Origin: Bacteroidota bacterium
GTDB taxonomy: Bacteria > Bacteroidota > Bacteroidia > Bacteroidales > VadinHA17
Length of the DNA stretch: 64,000 nt
Direction of reading: 5' to 3'
Assembly (NCBI GenBank): GCA_022709665.1
Contig: JAKLIJ010000001.1
Span: 2,131-66,130 of the forward strand
The translations under genes were made by a program, and so were the position numbers. Below, piece after piece: positions 40,716 through 50,437 of the stretch. Every line of letters begins with the position of its first letter. Positions within the stretch are counted from its first letter, which is position 1. The notes under the pieces are model-generated. The model made no database searches, was not told the origin of the DNA, and saw only the letters and a list, made by a program, of their open reading frames with translations.

Positions 40716-42047
40716 ATGAGATTCGTCCAGACCATAAGAAACATTTTCAAGATCGAAGACCTCAGGGCAAGATTAATCTATACACTGGCCATCGTTGCCC
40801 TCTACAGGCTTGGCAAGTATGTAACCCTGCCTGGTATCGATCCATCACAGCTCGGAGCCCTCAAGGCACAGACCTCCCAGGGGCTGATGGGACTTCTTGA
40901 TATGTTCTCGGGAGGAGCCTTTTCACAGGCATCCGTTTTTGCACTGGGTATAATGCCCTATATCTCAGCTTCAATTGTTGTCCAGCTGCTTGGAATAGTA
41001 TTCCCTTATTTCCAGAAACTTCAGAAAGAGGGTGAAAGCGGAAGAAGAAAAATGAACCAGTATACAAGGTACCTCACCGTGGCTATCCTCATTCTTCAGG
41101 CTCCCACTTACCTGGTTAACCTGACTTCACAACTTCCGGCAAGCGCTTTTGTTCTTGAAAACGGATTCTTCTTTAAGCTCTCATCAACTATTATCCTCAC
41201 CGCAGGCACCATGTTCGTGATGTGGCTTGGCGAAAGGATTACAGACAAGGGAATAGGAAACGGTATTTCGCTTATTATTATGATAGGTATCGTGGCACGA
41301 CTGCCCCAGAACTTCATATTCGAAGCAGGAACAAGGATGAATGGAGCTGGTGGCCCGATCGGACTGATTGTCGAAATAGTAATACTTTTCGTTATAATTC
41401 TTGGTACAATCCTGCTGGTTCAGGGAACAAGAAGAGTGCCCGTTCAGTACGCCAGACGTATTGTCGGCAACAAACAGTACGGCGGAGTACGCCAGTATAT
41501 TCCGCTTAAAGTGAATGCAGCCGGTGTTATGCCTATCATCTTTGCCCAGGCTATCATGATGCTTCCCATTATCATTGCCGGCTATTCAAATTCAAGCTCG
41601 GGATTTGTGGTCGCTTTTTCCAATATGTACGGATTCTGGTACAACCTGGTGACAGCTATCCTTATCATACTTTTTACTTATTTCTATACGGCCATCACAA
41701 TCAATCCGGTTCAGATGGCCGAGGATATGAAGAAGAACGGAGGTTTCATTCCCGGAATCAAACCGGGAAGGAAGACGGTTGAGTTTTTCGACACAATAAT
41801 GTCGAGGATCACATTACCGGGCTCCATTTTTCTCGCACTCATTGCAATTCTGCCGGCCATTGCGGTTAAATTTTCCGTAACACCTCAGTTTGCACAGTTT
41901 TTCGGCGGCACTTCCCTTTTGATTCTCGTGGGGGTGGTGCTCGATACGCTTCAGCAGATAGAGAGTCACCTGCTTATGCGTCATTACGACGGTCTTATGA
42001 AATCGGGTCGCGTAAAAGGCAGATCCGGTGCAGTAACGTCGATTTAA
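40716..42047 (+). CDS. secY: Preprotein translocase subunit SecY
   Basis: 443 aa, 10-TM pattern, ..PGIDPS.., ..LGIMPYISASI..QLL, ..ITDKGIGNGISLII. It follows rplO. Confidence 0.97.
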   Translation: MRFVQTIRNIFKIEDLRARLIYTLAIVALYRLGKYVTLPGIDPSQLGALKAQTSQGLMGLLDMFSGGAFSQASVFALGIMPYISASIVVQLLGIVFPYFQKLQKEGESGRRKMNQYTRYLTVAILILQAPTYLVNLTSQLPASAFVLENGFFFKLSSTIILTAGTMFVMWLGERITDKGIGNGISLIIMIGIVARLPQNFIFEAGTRMNGAGGPIGLIVEIVILFVIILGTILLVQGTRRVPVQYARRIVGNKQYGGVRQYIPLKVNAAGVMPIIFAQAIMMLPIIIAGYSNSSSGFVVAFSNMYGFWYNLVTAILIILFTYFYTAITINPVQMAEDMKKNGGFIPGIKPGRKTVEFFDTIMSRITLPGSIFLALIAILPAIAVKFSVTPQFAQFFGGTSLLILVGVVLDTLQQIESHLLMRHYDGLMKSGRVKGRSGAVTSI

Positions 42048-42066
42048 CAAAGTTCAGCGTTCTTTG

Positions 42067-42843
42067 ATGTTGTATTTAAAAACTGATGAAGAGATCGGAT
42101 TGTTGAGGGAAAGCAATTTGCTGGTTTCAAAAACACTTGCGGAACTGGCATCCCTTATCAGACCGGGAATAACCACTCTTTATCTTGACAGTATCGCGGA
42201 GGAATATATCCGGGATAACGGCGGCATCCCCGGCTTTAAGGGATACGGCGGTTTCCCTGCCACCCTCTGCACTTCGGTCAACGAGGAGGTGGTTCATGGA
42301 ATCCCTTCATCCTATGCCCTGAGAGAAGGCGACATTGTGTCGATCGATTGCGGAGTCATTCTCAACGGCTGGTACGGCGACAGCGCCTTTACGTTTGCCG
42401 TGGGAGAAATAGACGAATCAGTCAGACGCCTTATGGATTTCACAAGAGAATCACTCGAGGAAGGTGTCAAAGAAGCTATCGCAGGCAACAGGATCGGAGA
42501 TGTGTCGCGGGCAGTTCAAAACCGGGCCGAAAGCGGAGGCTATTCGGTGGTAAGGGAACTGGTCGGCCATGGTATCGGGAAACGACTTCACGAACCGCCT
42601 GAAGTACCGAATTACGGGAGAAAAGGCACAGGAACAAAGATGGAAAAAGGGCTTGTTATTTGCATTGAACCGATGATCAACCTCGGAAGGAAGGAAACAA
42701 TCCAGATGAGGGACGGATGGACGATAAAAACTATCGACGGCAAACCTTCGGCACACTATGAGTATGCAGTGGCTGTCGACAAAGGAAGAGCAGATGTGTT
42801 AACTACTTTTAAATTAATTGATGAGGTTTTAAATAATTTGTAA
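42067..42843 (+). CDS. map: Type I methionine aminopeptidase
   Basis: ATG at 42067 (the track starts at TTG 42064). Motifs: ..KT.EEI.L.RES., ..VVHGIP., ..D.G....G..GD.A.T., ..VGHGIG...HE.P.VPNY, ..EPM. No adk lies between secY and map. Confidence 0.95.
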   Translation: MLYLKTDEEIGLLRESNLLVSKTLAELASLIRPGITTLYLDSIAEEYIRDNGGIPGFKGYGGFPATLCTSVNEEVVHGIPSSYALREGDIVSIDCGVILNGWYGDSAFTFAVGEIDESVRRLMDFTRESLEEGVKEAIAGNRIGDVSRAVQNRAESGGYSVVRELVGHGIGKRLHEPPEVPNYGRKGTGTKMEKGLVICIEPMINLGRKETIQMRDGWTIKTIDGKPSAHYEYAVAVDKGRADVLTTFKLIDEVLNNL

Positions 42844-42847
42844 TCGT

Positions 42848-43066
42848 ATGTCGAAACAAGCATCAATCGAACAGGACGGTACTATCATCGAAGCTCTTTC
42901 AAATGCAATGTTCAGAGTGGAGCTCGAAAACGGACATGTAATAACAGCACATATATCCGGCAAGATGAGGATGCATTACATCAAGATCCTGCCGGGCGAC
43001 AAGGTCAAGGTGGAAATGTCACCTTACGACCTTACAAAAGGAAGAATAACATTCAGGTACAAATAA
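42848..43066 (+). CDS. infA: Translation initiation factor IF-1
   Basis: 72 aa, ..[58 protein letters not shown]. Confidence 0.98.
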   Translation: MSKQASIEQDGTIIEALSNAMFRVELENGHVITAHISGKMRMHYIKILPGDKVKVEMSPYDLTKGRITFRYK

Positions 43067-43082
43067 GAAATATATTAAGATA

Positions 43083-43199
43083 ATGAAAGTAAGAGCATCA
43101 GTCAAAAAGCGCAGCGCCGACTGCAAAATTGTAAGGCGTAAGGGGCGCCTGTATGTAATAAGCAAGAAAAATCCCAAGTATAAACAGAGACAGGGATAA
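43083..43199 (+). CDS. rpmJ: 50S ribosomal protein L36
   Basis: Absent from the ORF track (38 aa). Translated by hand: [38 protein letters not shown]. It lies between infA and rpsM and has a single Cys (non-zinc-ribbon form). Confidence 0.93.
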   Translation: MKVRASVKKRSADCKIVRRKGRLYVISKKNPKYKQRQG

Positions 43200-43237
43200 T
43201 TTATTTAATTTTGCAACTCATTTAAGAAAAGTAATAT

Positions 43238-43615
43238 ATGGCACGTATTGTTGGTGTTGATTTACCAAGAAACAAAAGAGGCGAAGTAGGCCTCACCTAT
43301 ATCTATGGAGTGGGGAGAAGCACAGCTCAGAAAGTGCTCGATGAAGCCGGAGTCGACAGGAATGCAAAGGTTTCGGACTGGACTGATGAGCAGATCAATT
43401 CAATCCGCCGGATACTTAATGAAAATTACAAACTCGAGGGAGAACTACGTTCAGAAACCCAGCTGAATATTAAGAGACTTATGGATATAGGCTGTTACCG
43501 CGGTGTCCGTCACAGACTCGGCCTGCCAGTCAGGGGACAGAGCACAAAGAACAATGCCAGAACGCGTAAAGGAAGAAAAAAGACTGTTGCTAATAAGAAA
43601 AAAGCTACTAAATAA
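43238..43615 (+). CDS. rpsM: 30S ribosomal protein S13
   Basis: 125 aa, MARI.GVDLP..KR.E..LTYIYG.G. Confidence 0.98.
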   Translation: MARIVGVDLPRNKRGEVGLTYIYGVGRSTAQKVLDEAGVDRNAKVSDWTDEQINSIRRILNENYKLEGELRSETQLNIKRLMDIGCYRGVRHRLGLPVRGQSTKNNARTRKGRKKTVANKKKATK

Positions 43616-43622
43616 ATAGGAT

Positions 43623-44012
43623 ATGGCAAAGAAAACCGGAGCACAGAAGAAGCGGATCGTCAAGGTGGAACCGACGGGTCAGGCTCACGTGCATTCATCA
43701 TTCAACAACATCATCATAAGTCTGACAAACAATTCCGGTCAGGTTATTTCATGGTCGTCAGCAGGAAAGATGGGCTTTAAGGGTTCCAAGAAGAACACGC
43801 CCTATGCAGCTCAGATGGCTTCAGAGGAATGCAGCAAGGTTGCCTATGACCTGGGCCTCAGAAAAGTCAGGGTTTATGTAAAGGGACCAGGAGCAGGCCG
43901 TGAATCAGCAATCAGGTCGATCAGCAATGCAGGTATTGAAGTGACTGAGATCGTCGATGTAACTCCGATGCCTCATAACGGATGCCGCGCACCGGGGAGA
44001 AGAAGAGTTTAA
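43623..44012 (+). CDS. rpsK: 30S ribosomal protein S11
   Basis: 129 aa, ..G.AH.H.SFNN.I...T...G......S.G..GFKGS.K.TP.AAQ., ..D.TP.PHNGCR.P..RRV. Confidence 0.98.
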   Translation: MAKKTGAQKKRIVKVEPTGQAHVHSSFNNIIISLTNNSGQVISWSSAGKMGFKGSKKNTPYAAQMASEECSKVAYDLGLRKVRVYVKGPGAGRESAIRSISNAGIEVTEIVDVTPMPHNGCRAPGRRRV

Positions 44013-44056
44013 TTTGTGACGCAAGAATAGTTTATTAGTTTTAAAATAATAGCACA

Positions 44057-44665
44057 ATGGCAAGATATACCGGCCCAAAATCAAGAATTGCACGAAAATT
44101 CGGAGAACCGATCTTCGGCCCCGATAAGCATCTCGACAGGAAGAACTTTCCTCCTGGACAGCATGGTATGAACAAGAAAAGAAAAAAGACCTCGGAATAC
44201 GGAATTCAGCTCAGGGAAAAACAAAAAGCCAAATATACCTACGGGGTTCTTGAAAGACAGTTTCACAAGACATTCGACAGGGCTCAGAGAGCAAAAGGCG
44301 TAACCGGTGAGGTTCTTCTTCAGCTTCTCGAAGCACGCCTCGATAACGTGGTCTACCGCCTTGGTGTAGCCCCTACAAGGGCAGCTGCACGTCAACTCGT
44401 TTCTCACAGGCATATAACTGTTAACGGTCTGGTGGTGAACATCCCTTCATTCCAGCTTAAACCTGGCGACATTATCGGAGTACGCGAAAAATCAAAATCA
44501 CTGGAAACAATAGTCGATTCGCTTACTACCAGGAAATATTCAAAACTTTCATGGCTGGAGTGGGACGATGCACAAATGGCAGGTAAGTTCATGTCAGTAC
44601 CTGAACGTTCTGATATTCCTGAAGACATCAGGGAACAGTTAATAGTTGAATTGTATTCGAAATAA
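44057..44665 (+). CDS. rpsD: 30S ribosomal protein S4
   Basis: 202 aa, MARYTGP..R..R.FGE.I., S4 domain ..[24 protein letters not shown]. Confidence 0.98.
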   Translation: MARYTGPKSRIARKFGEPIFGPDKHLDRKNFPPGQHGMNKKRKKTSEYGIQLREKQKAKYTYGVLERQFHKTFDRAQRAKGVTGEVLLQLLEARLDNVVYRLGVAPTRAAARQLVSHRHITVNGLVVNIPSFQLKPGDIIGVREKSKSLETIVDSLTTRKYSKLSWLEWDDAQMAGKFMSVPERSDIPEDIREQLIVELYSK

Positions 44666-44682
44666 TATTTAAGAAAAGTTCT

Positions 44683-45675
44683 ATGGCCATTTTATCATTC
44701 CAGAAGCCCGACAAAGTCATAATGCTGGAAGCCACCGAGAGGTATGGCAAGTTTGAATTCCGTCCTCTTGAACCAGGCTATGGCATTACAGTGGGTAACG
44801 CCCTGAGAAGGATATTACTGTCCTCCCTCGAAGGTTATGCAATAACCACAGTGAAAATTGAAGGCATCGACCATGAGTTTTCAACCATAACAGGTGTCAT
44901 CGAGGATGTTACCGAGATCATACTTAACCTGAAACAGGTCCGCTTCAAACGTACGGTAGAAGATGTTGATCACGAAAAGGTGATGATTAAGGTCACAGGT
45001 CAGGAAGTATTCAAAGCCGGCGCTCTGAACAGCGTTCTGAGCAGTTTCGAGGTTCTTAACCCCGACCAGGTGATACTGAGGATGGAACCCGATGTAAAGC
45101 TCCAGATGGAGCTGACTATCAACAGGGGAAGGGGATATGTCCCGGCTGAGGAAAACCAGCCCGCCGACAGCGAGTTCGGCCTGATAGCGATCGACTCGAT
45201 ATTCACCCCCATCAGGAATGTGAAATATACCGTTGAGAACTTCCGTGTTGAACAAAAGACTGACTATGAGAAGCTTCTGCTTGAGATAGATACCGACGGA
45301 TCAATCCAGCCCAAAGAAGCATTGAAGGAAGCAGCCAAAATTCTTATTTATCACTTCATGCTCTTCTCCGATGAGAAGATCACTCTCGATTCGGATGAGA
45401 AAATGGCAAACGAGGAGTTTGATGAAGAAGTGCTTCACATGCGTCAGCTCCTGAAAACCAAGCTCGTCGACCTCGACCTTTCTGTAAGGGCTCTCAACTG
45501 CCTCAAAGCAGCTGAAGTGGAGTCGCTCGGCGACCTCGTCAAGTTTAATAAGAATGATCTTCTCAAATTCAGGAATTTCGGGAAGAAATCTCTTACCGAA
45601 CTCGACGAACTGCTTGAGTCAATGAGTCTGTCATTCGGAATGGATGTCAGCAAATACAAGTTAGATAAAGATTAA
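44683..45675 (+). CDS. rpoA: DNA-directed RNA polymerase subunit alpha
   Basis: 330 aa, ..F...PLE.GYG.T.GNALRR.LLSSL.G.A...V.I.G..HEF, C-terminal domain ..L.LSVRA.NCLK.A.......L. Confidence 0.98.
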   Translation: MAILSFQKPDKVIMLEATERYGKFEFRPLEPGYGITVGNALRRILLSSLEGYAITTVKIEGIDHEFSTITGVIEDVTEIILNLKQVRFKRTVEDVDHEKVMIKVTGQEVFKAGALNSVLSSFEVLNPDQVILRMEPDVKLQMELTINRGRGYVPAEENQPADSEFGLIAIDSIFTPIRNVKYTVENFRVEQKTDYEKLLLEIDTDGSIQPKEALKEAAKILIYHFMLFSDEKITLDSDEKMANEEFDEEVLHMRQLLKTKLVDLDLSVRALNCLKAAEVESLGDLVKFNKNDLLKFRNFGKKSLTELDELLESMSLSFGMDVSKYKLDKD

Positions 45676-45703
45676 GTTGAAACAAGGTTAAGGAGACAGA
45701 GAA

Positions 45704-46246
45704 ATGCGACATCAGAGAGTAATTAATCACCTTGGACGGACAAGCTCACACAGGAAATCAATGATTTCCAATATGGCTTCATCACTCATCCTTCACAAGA
45801 GGATAACGACCACCACAGCAAAGGCTAAAGTACTTAAGACATTTGTGGAACCCCTGATTACTAAATCGAAGGAAGACTCGACACACTCGAGAAGAGTCGT
45901 GTTTGGTTATCTTAAAGATAAAGAAGCAGTTGCCGAACTTTTCAGGGAGATATCACCCAAAATCGCCGACAGGCCGGGAGGTTATACCAGGATACTGAAA
46001 ACCGGAAACAGGATAGGCGACAATGCAGAAATGTGCATTATAGAGCTTGTCGATTTCAATGAAGCCATGCAGGGAGGCGAAGCTGCCAAACCCAAGGCCA
46101 CCAGGAGAAGAAGATCCACAAAGAAAAGCGATACGGAAAAGCCTGATGCAAAAGCCGGAAGGACAACTTCTGCCAAAGCCAGAAAGAACACCAAAGAACC
46201 GAAGGCAAAAGAGAATTCCGGATCCGACACTGACGAAAAGGAATAG
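45704..46246 (+). CDS. rplQ: 50S ribosomal protein L17 with Lys/Glu-rich C-terminal extension
   Basis: 180 aa. MRH....HLGR.S.HRK.M..N.A.SLI.H.RI.TT..KAK.. followed by a ~55-aa basic/acidic low-complexity tail. Confidence 0.96.
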   Translation: MRHQRVINHLGRTSSHRKSMISNMASSLILHKRITTTTAKAKVLKTFVEPLITKSKEDSTHSRRVVFGYLKDKEAVAELFREISPKIADRPGGYTRILKTGNRIGDNAEMCIIELVDFNEAMQGGEAAKPKATRRRRSTKKSDTEKPDAKAGRTTSAKARKNTKEPKAKENSGSDTDEKE

Positions 46247-46268
46247 CATAATAAATTTTAAAGAGAAG

Positions 46269-46302
46269 GGGATATGGTCATAAGCGGCATATCCCTTTTT
46301 TT
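46269..46302 (+). terminator. Rho-independent terminator ending the ribosomal supercluster
   Basis: Stem gggatatg/catatccc with an 11-nt loop, followed by seven T (46296-46302). Confidence 0.8.
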
Positions 46303-46336
46303 ATATATCTTGCACTATTGTTTAATAAAAAAATAA

Positions 46337-47620
<1,284 letters not shown>

Positions 47621-47642
47621 TAAGAGATAAACTGTTTTTCCG

Positions 47643-47677
47643 ATCCCCTGCAGCCTCCTGCTGCAGGGGATTTTTTT
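47643..47677 (+). terminator. Rho-independent terminator of eno
   Basis: 11-bp stem atcccctgcag/ctgcaggggat with a 7-nt loop, followed by ttttttt. It lies 23 nt after the eno stop. Confidence 0.88.
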
Positions 47678-47830
47678 CTTCTCTTACCTCCGGACCTTGT
47701 TTGCATTGCCCATGGGCAAAAGTAGTATTTAAGCAACCTAATATCTTATTTAATAATTAAACACAGAGTTATTAACAATTGTTGATAACTTATGTTTATA
47801 TCCCGTGTACAACAACAGATATCCTCTACA

Positions 47831-47860
47831 TTGCCATATCATATTCTTAATATATATTTG
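47831..47860 (+). promoter_or_regulatory. Candidate Bacteroidetes-type promoter (aTTG-N19-TATATTTG)
   Basis: TTG at 47831-33 and a TAnnTTTG match TATATTTG at 47853-60, with no ORF downstream for >600 nt. Confidence 0.4.
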
Positions 47861-47864
47861 ATCT

Positions 47865-48360
47865 ATCAGGTGAGCGATAAAAGACTGCTCAAATGATGTG
47901 GAACAGGAAAAGGCTTCTTAGCTGAAGCAAGATCAGGTTCGGTCATACCCTCGGGAATGCACATCAGGAGAGCCGAAGCCCTGGCAAATGAACTCCGGTT
48001 CAGGATACCAGGCAGATCGATGAAACCGGAAACGTTCTTTCAACGATTCAGTCACAGGGCAACAGGTGTAAACGTGCTTCGGCACGTGAATATCTGCAAC
48101 TGGTACAGATCCTCCGGGAAATGACACCAGCAGCCTGAATGACACTTCGTCCCGGAAGTCCAATCGCAAGAAAGGACAAAAGGACAGCCGGAAGGTGACG
48201 CTGTAACAGGCATTACCTGAAAGCCATGGGTTGAAAATCCTGGTCTTGTATCAGGAAGCTCAGCCGGTCAGAATAACAGTAACCTGACGCCGCAAGCGGC
48301 TTCGGTTGCAAACGGTGAATGGGAACTACTCCTCGGAATGGTTCCCATTACTGTTTTATA
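47865..48360 (+). ncRNA. Candidate structured non-coding RNA or long attenuator-type leader (unclassified)
   Basis: It lies in an 857-nt ORF-poor gap. There is a promoter-like element upstream on the + strand and a 3' hairpin GGGAAC(48321-26)/GUUCCC(48341-46) followed by AUUACUGUUUUAUAUAU. Internal hairpins: acgtgc-UUCG-gcacgt 48072-87; ccg-caa-gcggc-UUCG-guugc-aaa-cgg 48290-315 (two G.U pairs that favour the + strand); nested GUCC/GGAC pairs 48149-85; gcuuc/gaagc 47913-28. The boundaries and strand are inferences. Confidence 0.4.
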
Positions 48361-48477
48361 TATATCCTCATTAAAATCCTCCCTGATACCAGCCTTATTC
48401 TTAATCCCCTCTTTTACCCCACAGCCTTGCCTTTTTTTACTTCTTTTAGGTAACTTTGACTCAATTATTCCCAGATT

Positions 48478-50370
48478 ATGCCTTATTCCGGACTGACAGA
48501 TTTTATTGCCCGCCTCGACCATGCCGGTGAACTTCACCGGACAAACGCTTTTGCAGATCCTGTTCTGGAAATAGCCGAAATAACAGACCGGATAGTTAAA
48601 ACCGGGGGCAAAGCGCTCCTGTTTGAAAATAACGGCACCCGTTTCCCCCTTCTGATGAATGCTTACGGTTCAGAAAAGCGGCTGTCGATGGCCCTTGGAA
48701 CCAAAGATATTTCAGAGACCGGACGGGAACTTGAGAAGATCTTCAACATGCTGACCGGCTCCGGCGATTTGAATTCAAAGCGGATAAATTCGCTGCCTCA
48801 CTTGCTGCGGATTGCCGGATATCTTCCTCATAGAACCCGCAAACGGGGAAAATGCCAGCAGATCATCCACAACAAACCCGACCTGTCAATTCTACCGGTA
48901 CTTAAATGCTGGCCGTACGATGGCGGAAGATTCATTACACTGCCGGTGGTGCACACCTGCCATCCTGTTACGGGAAAGACAAATGCCGGAATGTACAGGA
49001 TGCAGGTTTTTGGCCCCGATACCGCCGGTATGCACTGGCACAGGCATAAGACAGGAGCAAACCATTATGAGGAATGGAAGAAGACAGGTAAAAAAATGCC
49101 TGTTTCAGTATCTCTGGGAGGTGATCCCGTGTATGCATATTGTGCAACTGCACCTCTGCCTGAAAATATAAGTGAATACATTCTTGCGGGTTTCCTCAGG
49201 AAAAGGAGGGTGAGACTCGTGAAATGCCTTACTAATGACCTTTATGTCCCGGCCGACGCAGATATTGTTATCGAAGGATATGTAGATCCGGCTGAGCCTC
49301 CCGTCAGGGAAGGTCCTTTTGGCGATCACACCGGCTTTTACAGCCTGGCCGACCTTTACCCGGTTTTTCATGTCACCTGCATCACACACTCGGCCGATGC
49401 CGTATATCCCGCCACTATCGTCGGGATACCACCCCACGAGGACGCATTGCTCGCCATGGCAACCGAGAAGATTTTCCTGTCGCCGATGAAGCTGGCCATT
49501 CAACCCGAAATAGCTGATTTTCACATGCCGGAAGCCGGAGTTGCTCATAACCTGGTTATAGTGAAAATCAACAAGAGCTTCCCCGGTCAGGGGATGAAGG
49601 TAATAAGCTCACTGTCGGGAGCCGGACAGATGATGTTCTCGAAGTACATTGTGGTGGTAAGCGGCGACGTTGACATAAGGAATTACCGGGAGCTGGCAAC
49701 CCATATTTTTGAGAACACAGTGCCGGAAAGGGATTTTGTGTTTACAACGGGACCGATGGATGTTCTGGATCACTCTTCCGATAATTTTTCATTCGGAGGC
49801 AAGGCCGGAGTGGATGCGACGGTAAAACTCCCCGAAGAAAAAGGAGGGATTCAATCATCAGCAGCACCCTCGGAACAGGCCGGCAGTGACCCTGCAACCG
49901 TTCTGAATGCAACCTTCATAAAAGGATTCAGGGAGTACCTGATAGACGGAAGGAATGATCTTCTTCTTGTTGGCGCCAGCCCTTCGGAAGATCCCGGCAG
50001 TGTTCGTAAGATATGCAGGCTTCTGAAGGAGAATTATGACAAGCTGAAATACCTGTTGGTGCTTGTGGTTGACCATACAGTCGACCTGGATGATTTGTAT
50101 ATGGCGGCCTGGCAGGTACTTGGAAATTCCGACCCCAGGAGGGATCATTGTTTTATTGCACCCGGCTCGATCCTGATCGACGGTACCATCAAGGTTTTCC
50201 GAGAGGGCGGATTCCCACGGCAATGGCCTAACGTTGTATGTTCTGACAGGAAAACAATTGATAGTATTGACCAAAAGTGGGATTCCTTTGGATTTGACCG
50301 GTTCATTCCTTCCTTCTCACTCAAATACTCCGGGCTTACAAGAGATGGCGGGGATACCGTATCCATTTAA
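48478..50370 (+). CDS. UbiD-family (menaquinone-biosynthesis-type) decarboxylase with extended C-terminus
   Basis: 630 aa. N-terminus ..L.DFI..L...GEL.R......P.LEI.EI.DR..K.GG.ALLFEN..G...P...N..GS..R.. with central ..GMYR.QV.......MHW..HK.GA.H.., typical of UbiD. The C-terminal ~175 aa extend beyond the usual end of the domain. Confidence 0.85.
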   Translation: MPYSGLTDFIARLDHAGELHRTNAFADPVLEIAEITDRIVKTGGKALLFENNGTRFPLLMNAYGSEKRLSMALGTKDISETGRELEKIFNMLTGSGDLNSKRINSLPHLLRIAGYLPHRTRKRGKCQQIIHNKPDLSILPVLKCWPYDGGRFITLPVVHTCHPVTGKTNAGMYRMQVFGPDTAGMHWHRHKTGANHYEEWKKTGKKMPVSVSLGGDPVYAYCATAPLPENISEYILAGFLRKRRVRLVKCLTNDLYVPADADIVIEGYVDPAEPPVREGPFGDHTGFYSLADLYPVFHVTCITHSADAVYPATIVGIPPHEDALLAMATEKIFLSPMKLAIQPEIADFHMPEAGVAHNLVIVKINKSFPGQGMKVISSLSGAGQMMFSKYIVVVSGDVDIRNYRELATHIFENTVPERDFVFTTGPMDVLDHSSDNFSFGGKAGVDATVKLPEEKGGIQSSAAPSEQAGSDPATVLNATFIKGFREYLIDGRNDLLLVGASPSEDPGSVRKICRLLKENYDKLKYLLVLVVDHTVDLDDLYMAAWQVLGNSDPRRDHCFIAPGSILIDGTIKVFREGGFPRQWPNVVCSDRKTIDSIDQKWDSFGFDRFIPSFSLKYSGLTRDGGDTVSI

Positions 50371-50437
50371 ACCCGGAAGTGTTTCCGGTCCTGATTATAG
50401 AGTAACCTGCCGGTAACAATAATCAGCGCTTATAAAG

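Noticed and set aside
43083-43199. Non-zinc forms of L36 (single Cys) and S14 (no CxxC) as signs of zinc-starvation paralogs.
   Set aside because: They occupy the canonical operon slots and are the only copies visible. This C-minus state matches what I recall as the normal form in Bacteroidetes (from memory, not checked), not an accessory paralog pair.
47865-48360. Identifying the structured region as RNase P RNA, tmRNA or SRP (4.5S) RNA.
   Set aside because: The universally conserved strings are absent on both strands. For RNase P these are GGAAAGUCC and ACAGAAnCCGGCUUA. For tmRNA they are the tRNA-like GGUUCGAnUCC...CCA end and an ..ALAA* tag frame. Only a chance CCGGAAGG 8-mer resembles SRP helix 8, without the flanking pairing.
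47933-48537. Minus-strand ORFs 47933..48169 (78 aa) and 48268..48537 (89 aa) as protein-coding genes in the eno-ubiD gap.
   Set aside because: Their sequences are Arg/Cys/Pro-rich and not protein-like. The second overlaps the well-supported UbiD start. The region is better explained by RNA secondary structure. This cannot be fully excluded without blastp/blastx.
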